Origin: Bigelowiella natans CCMP2755
Taxonomy: Eukaryota; Protista; Cercozoa
Length of the DNA: 33,576 nt
Assembly: GCA_000320545.1 (NCBI GenBank)
Contig: ADNK01000978.1
Location: 1 to 33,576 of the forward strand
Direction of reading: 5' to 3'
The first letter of the stretch is position 1, and each line of letters starts with the position of its first letter. The notes below the pieces were generated by a model. The model was not told where the DNA came from, searched no databases, and saw only the letters and a list, made by a program, of their open reading frames with translations. A program made the position numbers and the translations under genes. Below, piece by piece: positions 11,511 to 21,230 of this stretch.

Positions 11511-12668
11511 ATGGCGTCGATGAGGACTTTGATTTTTGGGATCATGATCTTCACCACTCTGTTGAGCTCATTTGAACTGCTCTTCTCAACAACAACAATT
11601 TCTCGAACTCTTTCCATGATCTACTTCAATCACAAGCAACCGGATCATCGATTAGACACCATGGAAGCAGCAAGAAAGCCAATTCGTTTTGCAAGCGGCG
11701 AGACTGTGACACATGGCTTCACAATCGAATTTCAAGGGGAGACACAGAACCTTTTTGCAACAGTGAGAGCCAATTGCACTGTTTTTGTGCATAGAAAGAG
11801 CAACATAGAGGCTAAAGACATTGATCTAACCATTTTGGGAACAAAATTCTTGAGGAAACCGAGTTTCACATTGACAATAGTGACAAATAGTCCAAAGGAT
11901 TCGCGCAATTGCAATGATGATTCAGTGCAAGTTGAGCTCACCTGTTCCCAAAAGTACAAAGTTAAACCTAAGCATTGGAATATTTTGGTCAACTCATGGA
12001 AGGTCAATTCAACTTGCAATGATGTGAGCTAGAGTCAATGACATGTGTAGATCGAAGAAAGACATGCACATCGAACGAGATAAATACAATGCACACAATG
12101 CACTGGGTCCATAGTCTTCAAGTTGTCCTAATTTCCCATGCACATGATCTTGAAACAGATGGAGCCTAAGATGCATGCTTTCAAAGTCACGAAGAAAAAT
12201 GCAAAAGTAGGCTACTTGAACAGGTTGGAAAGGCGAACGCTAACCTTTGTAGAAGAACATCCAGCTTTGTCCCAAACTTGTGCTTCATCAGAACCATCAG
12301 AAAATTGTGGTGGCTCATTTTGTGATGATCTCAATCACAACGATTCGGCAAAATGTGAAGAAGATTGCACATTGGAAAGCTTGGCGAAGCAACAGTCCAA
12401 TCATATTTCACTTGCGATGACAAGAAACCTTCAGTGTCGTTCTTCATCTTCAGCTCGAAATGATGCTAACAGTGATGATGAGGGTACATGTAGACCTTTG
12501 GATTTTCACGATATACTTTTCGAGAATGATCATTGTGAAGGGCTGGTGTGTACCCAAGATGGATTTTCGTGGGCTAACAGAACTTGCAAAATGTTGGCAA
12601 AGCTCTTCATTGTCAGCACCTTTCGTGCACTGATGACAGCTTCTGCAATTTGCTTGTCGCTTTGCTAG
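11511..12668 (+). pseudogene. Two-exon orphan gene, probably decayed (11511-12023 + 12159-12668, ~340 aa), with N-terminal signal-like and C-terminal hydrophobic segments
   Basis: The 173-aa and 176-aa ORFs join in phase 0 through donor GAT|gtgagc (12024), branch-like CTAAT (~12128) and acceptor aaacag|ATG (12158). N-terminus MASMRTLIFGIMIFTTLLSSFELLFST; C-terminus LAKLFIVSTFRALMTASAICLSLC. Tyr-poor and Cys/His-rich. Confidence 0.5.
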
Positions 12669-12796
12669 TAGTTAGCTGGCCATGAAGCGTGCATCGATCG
12701 CAAGTGACAATTTTGACTTTTTGGTCTTCAACATGCTAGCATGGTCTTCGGTTCGCTCTTGATGAAGAAGAGTGTGTGTCAATTTGTGAGTGTCAA

Positions 12797-12798
<2 letters not shown>

Positions 12799-12842
<44 letters not shown>

Positions 12843-13114
12843 TGTGCATGACAACATGCAATCAATGGGCATGCTAGCATGACGTGTGCAGGCAAATTTT
12901 CATGTTGCGATTTTTTGGAATTTTTGCTACTGAATTTGGATGGAACTTGACAACGGTGTCTAGGACATAGTTCGATTCGACGGCGCGCACACGGCCAGAC
13001 GGATTGGATGGCGGATGATCGTGCATGATGACGACACGTGATGCATGCCATGCATGATGTCACACGCATCGTGCACGATGACGAGTCAATTGATGACAAA
13101 CGACCAACGATTGG

Positions 13115-13147
<33 letters not shown>
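12799..13147. repeat. (TG)n at ~12799-12841 and (CA)n at ~13116-13147, mutually inverted tracts
   Basis: Read directly; the two tracts are reverse complements and flank ~275 bp in the eroded island. Confidence 0.85.
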
Positions 13148-13149
<2 letters not shown>

Positions 13150-13551
13150 GTGAAGCTAAAATCTGCCCTGTCCAGCCAGCTAAAGAGCTGTGGCCGAGTC
13201 CAGAAATCGCTGCGAGCGCGTGCAGCAACAAAATGGCTCGCGGATCTACTAGGTGGGCATTCATCGCTCACAAAGGTGGCATTTGTCTAGACGAGATGGA
13301 ATTTTTCATCATGATCAATTGTCGCCATGTAAATTGTACACACAGCCTACTTTCTGCTGTTCTCATATAAAACACAATAATGATCTGCTACACTGCACGC
13401 ATGTGAGATGTGCAAATTATGGCTTTGCCCAGAATGAAGAAACTTGCAAGTGCGCAGCGCATGGTGGTGAGTGCTAGAGTGAAGAAAACCGATCGAACGA
13501 GCTCGCACACCGATCAGGAAGCTAATCTTCACGTTGTTATGCGCGTGTTGT

Positions 13552-14204
13552 TCAACCTTGAAAACCAGAGGATACAATGCTCCTGAATTGCGCAGGCCTC
13601 TTTAATTCGGCAAGTGATTTATTTAGTCTCCCAGTATCGTCTTGATTCTTCATCAACAAACGTCTTCGAAGAGAATCACTTGAGGTCTGCGTTGCGTGAG
13701 GGGGTAACGGGGGGAAGGGGTGGGGATAGTTAAGTAATATTACTAAACAGATTTAAATTGAGAATGTTCCGAAGAAAACAGCCTGATTGTGGTCTTACAG
13801 CAGCAACGAAATCACTAGTATCTTCCGACACCGTATGATGATCTCGAGAAATATCTCCATGCTATGAGTAAGATGGGGATGTAGCGCATACCTTGCTCAG
13901 CTTGTTTGACTTTTTCTTGGATCGTTTCTGCGAATGATAGCGGGATAGGACGGAAGAGGATAAGCACTAACGATTGGGGAAAATCTTTTTGAAAATATGT
14001 CACGATGAATATCGGTCTAAAATATTTTTCAAATTAGCCAGTAAATGTAAATCCGCGACCGTCGATGCTTTCCGAGCGATTCGCATCTGCTGAAACGCGA
14101 CTCTCTGCTTCTCCTTTTCATTGTACCTGAAAAAGCAACGGACATCATGTTCACCTCGCCGTCTTCTGCATTTCATCAATCGAAGGGAAAATCCCCCTCC
14201 CCCC

Positions 14205-14248
<44 letters not shown>

Positions 14249-15524
14249 TGGTGAAATGAAAGTAGAGCAACCATTGCTTGATTTCGTTCTTATCGAGAAA
14301 ACCGTCCAATTTTGTGTCGGTGTTTCTAAACAGCAACTTGAAGTGCTTTTTCGCCTCGGTCTCCCCGACTATACTCGACAGTACCTGCAAAACAATGAGA
14401 AGATATAATTCAAAAACACGACATTGCTTCAATCCTGAATAACAGTGCTGCCTCCTCAAATACGAAGTGTGAATTTGCTCTTATGTGCGCACTCTCACTC
14501 CATATTGTTCCGAAATTTGTTTGGAGGTGAGACAATGCGGTGATTGTGCTGCTACTACTGCTACTACCTCGAGCAAATCATCCAAGGTCATTGCTACATT
14601 GTTCAGTTGAGTCTGAGCCATCTTCTCCATCATCTGGAAGATCTTTACGCGGACAAATCTGCATGCGATAGTTTCCAGGAATCTCTCAGAAATATCCTCT
14701 TCATGTTATAAACTCTTCGCGGCGAAATAGCAACAATTTTGTCAACGATTCAATGCGCAGTATACACTGTATTTAGTTGGATTTTCGACGTACTCATCCA
14801 AGAAATCTTGGACGTGATATAGGCCGTTCTTATTCTTCCGCCCGTATTGTGAGTATTCCGACATGAACTAGATGTCAACACACGCACACACACAAACACA
14901 CACTCACATAAATTCACATTAACGTCACTTAGATTTGCCCCGTGGGCACGCTTGCTAGATTCAAGCACATTTTCACTGTTTCTAAACAATGAATCAGAGT
15001 TAGATTACCCCTTCGGCGGCTGAAAGAGGTAAACCGTATGAGGAACACGTATGAACCTGCATACAGATTCGAGGCAACAACACCAGCAGCAGCAGGAGGA
15101 GGAGGAGGAGCACATTATCAATCAATATATATATTTCTCATGAGGTTCTCTGATGACGAATCGATAATTTTGTTCTTCATCTACAGTGCCTTTAACACTG
15201 GCTTGGTAAATTACCAACTTCACTTGAGAAGCATATCTCGTATCTACGCTTTCTCTCATCGCTGCAACCTGAACAACAACCACAACAACGACAACGACAA
15301 CGACAACAACAACAACGCACGTATCATCAGAAAGTGCGATATCCAACCTAACAAAACAAACATTTCGGGTATAGGTCTAAATAACAGAATTCTGAAGCTG
15401 TTGCACTGCCAACAACTATTTCCTGAGAAATGTCCCTATTCGTTTTCAATTCCATTTATATTTTCTTCATATATCAACATATATGTGTGTGTGTGTGTGT
15501 GTGTGTACGTATATGACATAAAAT

Positions 15525-15593
<69 letters not shown>

Positions 15594-16543
15594 CTTGGTA
15601 CGGACATCCAGCGTCTCGCTCGAGATTAAGAATCCTAAGTCCATTTTCATTGCTGAGCTGATTTGACTCTTAGCTCGACGTTTACTGAAAGAAGAAGACA
15701 ATAATGACAACAACAACACAAGGCCCTCAATCAAAATCTCTATAATATCTTTCCGATGCACAACGATGATGTACAAAATATTGACAATTATTAGAAGGTA
15801 TCTCTGTTGCATTCTACTGCACGAGGCGCTAAGAATAATGATGAATTTGCATCTACTACACGACAAAATCGACCGCATCGTCAGATTAGAGACTATGAAT
15901 AATTTCGCTTGAAAATTTGAATCTAAATGTTGAATCTACAATATTTTCCGCAATAACTCTATCATCTTCTTCATCATCATCATCATCATCATCATTATCA
16001 CCATCATTATCATCATCATCATATGTGATGACCTCGACATTTGCATCGATCTCAGCCTCTTCAATTGCTTTTTCTTCTTCTCCCTCTGCATAGCTTTAAG
16101 CACAGCATCCTCTGATAAACATATTAGGGAGGAAAATCACCGACATCAAAAGAAGTCTATTTGAACGGCCAATAAAGTAATCTGCACGTATTCTAAAACA
16201 CGGCTGACATGCTAATTAAGGGCGGTATTGCCCACAGTCCAGGACTACTAATTCTTACAAAATCCAGGGGAAAATGCTGTTGATGCTAGTTGTTTGTGTC
16301 GTATGTCCTTCGTCAGACCTTTGCACAATAACACTGCCATACAGAAAAAGTGCGGAATGGCTATATTCCTGTGTGATAGAAGAAACATTTCAGCTCTCTT
16401 GTGCAAGTAGATCAGAGACAATTCTTAAGAAAGTAAAGACGCTTTTTGTCATGTGTTAATGATCTTTGCCCAGTCGTGTGACTTCAGTTCTTCAATGTGA
16501 ATGTCTCTAAATCTATTCTCTCTCTACCTCCCCTCCCCCCCCC

Positions 16544-16598
<55 letters not shown>

Positions 16599-19500
16599 GG
16601 GGGGGGGGAATACACATTTCCATGATATGGGGAGGTTACACATTCCCATACAGATGTACTTGTTGTTTCTCCGAAGAACAGGTAGATAGCTATTTACATG
16701 TAGGAGTAAAATTAACACCTTTCGAGCTTGACCGATTTAACAAACGCCGCCAGGACAAAATCAATGAACTCTGTATTAGTCACCTGATTGGCGCAAAAAT
16801 TGCTTCAATGGATGTTTTCAAGGCAGCGACGAAACCGTAAAGTCAAACCCATTTCGGCCCCAACAATAGCAACGGTTAACAACCACTACCTTCGTCTCCA
16901 TATCCAAACCATCAACCGCAGTCCCAATTTCTTGCACAGAAGCTCGCTGCCCGGTCAGCAACTAATTTGAATAAAAATCCATCAATGGAGCTCGGATGGG
17001 GATGGGCTAAATCTCTCGGTTGTATGTGTATACCTTTTGAGTCTGATACATCTCCGAGAGAGACAGCGAGCTGATGTTATTAGTACGTTAGAAGGTTTCT
17101 TTTAAAAAAGCCAAGACAACTAATCTTACTAATCTCAGAATGTAATTCGAATTAGCAAAAGGAAGCACAAATGAATTCGCCAATGCGAGATCTTCTGGTC
17201 TATATGTGGTATATGGATCGCCATCGCGGCTTCTCTTACCCTTGGCCAGTGGTATCGATTGTAGTGAACACCTGCCCGATTATTTGCTGTAGCACATACG
17301 ATAATACAAAAGACCGCCACACACACGCACACACACGCACACACGATTGAGTGAGTAGGAAATCAGTGCACGCACAGTTGGGGTATCCATCAAATGGGGG
17401 ATGGAGAATGTGCCTTGGGAGTAGATTACAACCTCCATGAAATGAACGAACTCTTCCATTTCCAATGCACCGCCTTCGTCAGCATCCGCATCTGTGTGTG
17501 TTCGTTCAAAAGCAGCAGCGTGATCAGTAATATCCCCCCCAACATCAAATATGCTAAGTAATGGTGTGAAGTACCCTTGAAAAGCTTTCCGTAGAATTCA
17601 CTTGACAACAAGTCCATTGGTAAGCGATTCAGAAACTAACGTTCAAACAGTATGAACGACTCATTCGAATACCGAGCCGATTTTCTTCCAGTACAGAACA
17701 GCCAAGCAGAAGATGATTTCGTGATAACAAAGACAATTTCTCGCAACTGCGTGTACCGATTCCTTGGATTGGTGTGATGCAAGGCGTGTGTGTGTCATCA
17801 AAAATCAGCACTTTCATTGTTGACCCCGTCGTCTAGTCGTCTAGTCGTCGTTTTAAATTCGTTCAAAACCAGTCTCCATCTTATTTTGACGTTTTCTCGG
17901 AAACACGATATGTTGATAGATAGGTAGGTAGGAAGATAGTAGTATGCGATCGTACCCCAGCAAATTCCGCAGTGGAGAGATATCCGTCCCCATTATCATC
18001 AAGATGCTCCAGAATCACTTGAATATAGCCTTTCATCGCGTCTCTGGGCGAAAATACAAAGAAGTTGGGATATAGTTCGTCGCTACGATTTGGCATCATC
18101 ATCTTGTTTCTCCTACTCAGTGTCGTGATCCAGCTTTTCTTGCTTCGGAAGCGAGCCGGTCATCGTTTTACGCTCTTTGACCCACTGCTTGTACGCCAAG
18201 CCAAGATGTTTGCCCTCCTAGAAGATGATTTGATATTTAAGAATGAATGTCACAAAACCAGAATTAGGAATCTGAAGTCGGGCCTTCTCATCGTATGTTC
18301 TATGGACTATTAAATCGGAATGTCAAGATTCGTCTTTTGCAATGCTGCCCAATGCAAAATAAAACAACAAAGTCGTATTTTTGCGACAAGCTGAAGAATC
18401 ATCGGTGACATTCTTCCCCGTAGCGGTGCGGGGAATGAGTTCACACATCGCCTTTCCGCTGGGATCCTATCCCATGTCCACAATTCTTCTTCTTAACATT
18501 CACGTTTCTGATGTTCGTTCGCTTCGTCCCTAACTATGCAGTGTGTTGTACCTCGGGTGGTGTGGGATTGAATTCTCTCTCTTTGTAAATACTGAGGAGA
18601 TACCTGTATACGTGCATACCAACTTAGCAATCAGACCGAGCAGAGAAAAGAGGTCTTTGTGAATCAATAAATGTATCGAACAGCTGTGGAGCTCAGCCAG
18701 ATTATATAAAGCAAGCAAGTCCTAACTTCTTGATGTCTAGGTGTATGTGCTGCAGCAACGAGGTATCTGTGAGGCACACTCCTAAAGATTATCATAGAGA
18801 AAACGTATCGAAATATTCACAACACTGAGCATATAGGATTATAGGATTGAGAAATTAATACGAGAAAGAAGTCCGATTGACTAACGTCAGTCAAGACGCC
18901 CGTAATTGTGTCGATCGACGGGTAAAGATAATCGAATGTGTACTATAATTACAGGCTGAATTTCACCGGGGGAAGGGGAGGGGGGAGGGGTGATTTTGCC
19001 AGGGTATTCATGATGGTTCATAATGTCATCATTTTGGCATGTACAGAAATGCCTCGTAATCCTTACTGTTACATTTTGAGACGGCATGGCTATGATCAAC
19101 AGTATTATGAAGTGCGAAATTGATGGACCCCAGGACCATTGATTATTAGTTCTAAATTCTGTTCATCGCGACTCTAGGTGTACCACCTATGAATCGCAAT
19201 ATCTTGCCCAGCAAAAACATCGTGTGCTCCAGGCTATCGGCCGCAAGTTTTCCGATCTTATGAGCGAATTCTGCAAAAGGAAACGTCGGCATCTTTCACA
19301 TGGGGGACATTGTGGCAGCTCAACAAACAAGAACGGGATGCTTTAAACACCTGTCATTGAAACCGGCTTGCGAAGTTGTTTCCTGTCCTCGTCAGTGAGC
19401 AGCTCCGCAAGGAGATCAGACTCCACGATTCCCCATCTGTTTGTGATTTCATCGGTGAAACTCCTCAAAAAGGAGAGCACGACCATTTGCGAGTTGTTTA

Positions 19501-20343
19501 ATTGTACCTCATACAGCATTGTATGTAAATTACATCGAGGTTGTACAGCTGGTTGACGTTCAGTTCCGCGCATATCTATTCATAGTCACACTCTCTCAGT
19601 GTGCGCAACAATGAGACGAGAAATATCTAGCAGTTTAGGTTTTTCAATCCTATTAACATCATACTTTCAAATAAACTCTTCCCAGAAGATCGTGCCACAT
19701 GTGGGCGTAGTCCGATGCATTGAGCTTCATCATACCCACATCGTGGTGTTCCAGAATCTTCATCTAAATGAGAGAGCATAATGGATGAGTGACAGTGTTG
19801 TATCTTCAACATTGAATTCAGAGGTCTATGCTGATTTACCAATTTCGAAATTGGTTTGTCCTTTTTCTTGCTAATCGTCGATATACCATTCCCTGATTCA
19901 AATTTATTATTCATGACCGTTGACTCTATGGATAGATCGTAACGCCCGACCTAGAAGAACTTGTGCGAACCATCTTGAAAGATAGCCATGATTCGATGAT
20001 AACTCGTACATGCGTGGTTGGAGATGGACTGCACTTAGAACCCTTATCAAAGGCAGCAATGTTACTACACTTCATACTGAGTGATACCTCAAGTTTCTCT
20101 GCACCTGAAAAGCTCTCCCCGCGTGAGATGCGAGTCTCCGTCCTCATCCAAATAAGAAAATATTTTCTTGCACCTATTTTGTTTGTTCTAAATCAATGCT
20201 CCATTCTAGATATTCGATGAGAGGTTGTACTACCATTTAGTTCGATCCTGCTTTCTCTGATCCAAGGTTCGGGAAGCTGTAAGTGCCTCCTTAGTAGCCT
20301 CTGCGATCGTAGATACCCTACTTAAAGTGGGGCGAAACGACAT
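13552..20343 (-). CDS. Large multi-exon EF-hand calcium-binding protein of unknown family (could be more than one gene)
   Basis: Start MSFRPTLSRVSTIAEATKEAL at 20343. EF-hand loops DEDGDSHLTRGE (~20112-20148), DDNGDGYLSTAE (~17965-18000), DADEGGALEMEE (~17452-17488), DTTGQGSLSLSE (split by an intron, ~17255 to ~17055), DTKLDGFLDKNE (~14283-14318). Last exon ends ...SIVSSGFQG TGA at 13552-13554. Exons in 14700-15450, 16150-16680 and 18300-19150 are not fully resolved. Confidence 0.7.
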
Positions 20344-20718
20344 CGTGGAAGTGCTCCGCAGCCGGCGTTGTCTCTCGAGGTATCTCTACTTTTCAGGGGA
20401 ATAGGTCGGTACTCCTGCCTCCTCCCTCATTGGGCTGTGTGTGTGTATCTGTGTGCGTGTTCGTAGCGGTAGCTGTTACTCTTCCGTTAAAACCGACATT
20501 TCTTGAAAGGCATCCAAATCAACCGGTAGACAAAAATACATACAGAATACATCTAAAAAGACTTCTCGAATTATATTGATTACAGGTTGTTGGCAAAAAT
20601 ACATGTCTCACATCTGCAACGAATGTCATTTTCTTTGTTTGCGGTCTGATCCTCGTGCTGCATTCTTGGGAGAAATTTATGATATTCTCATCGTGCGTCA
20701 AAGATAAAAAACGGAAAC

Positions 20719-20781
20719 GGGAGGAAATGGGAGGAAATGGGAGGAAATGGGAGGAAATGGGAGGAAATGGGAGGAAATGGG
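20719..20781 (+). repeat. Perfect 10-bp tandem repeat (GGGAGGAAAT)x6 plus a final GGG
   Basis: Read directly; lies in the divergent interval between the EF-hand gene and eIF4G. Confidence 0.95.
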
Positions 20782-21230
20782 AACTACGGCGAACTCGAAC
20801 TTAACGATTGAGACTTTAGATGAAGCATAATTTTGATTTCCGATCCTTATGTGTGTATGTTTAGAGTAAAGACGTGACCATTCTTTAAATTATCATTAAA
20901 TTTATCCCCTATTATTTCTGTACTTACCATTTAACGCAATTTATTCATAATCTTACCGGTGATCACATATTCTTTTTAAGATATAAAATGTAACGACGAC
21001 AATCGATCTATCGCGCTATTTTCAGGTAATACGATAATATTTCTACCTACGAGCAGGTATATTCTCATGTATTCGCGAGAATTATGAGTTTGCCATGCGC
21101 GGAACCTAAGTTTTTACCCGGAGATTCTCTGGTGTTTGAGGTTGGGAAGTTGCTTCGCCGCCTCGCGCCAGTTCTGCATAAACCACCGCGTGGCACCATA
21201 GCCCACTTTCAGAGTTAAATTTTCCAGTGA

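Larger units (their letters stand above)
9560..13500. other. Eroded island between convergent STX6 and EF-hand genes (decayed insertion or silenced DNA; family not identifiable)
   Basis: Strong TpA depletion outside CTA/TAG, dense CTAG/TGCA/CATG, fragmented His/Cys-rich reading frames. No recognisable transposase/RT motif, TIR or TSD found by eye. Boundaries are approximate. Confidence 0.6.

Noticed and set aside
9560-13500. Assignment to a named transposon or endogenous virus family
   Set aside because: No terminal repeats, target-site duplication or catalytic motifs could be identified by eye.
10088-13577. Numerous short overlapping His/Cys-rich ORFs as metal-binding proteins
   Set aside because: Loss of TpA removes TAA stops and inflates His/Cys codons, so long spurious frames are expected. 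Only 11511-12668 has splice support.
13815-14003. ORF containing LFRPIP, seemingly repeated near 15370
   Set aside because: The best spliced model uses other frames here and treats that stretch as intron; the match is short and probably coincidental.
17405-17420. Possible GC donor (CAAG|gcacat, minus strand) in the EF-hand gene
   Set aside because: The upstream GT donor (GAG|gttgta) gives a better model that completes the EF loop DTTGQGSLSLSE.
20719-20781. CRISPR array or telomeric repeat
   Set aside because: No unique spacers, 10-bp unit, eukaryotic context, and internal position between genes.
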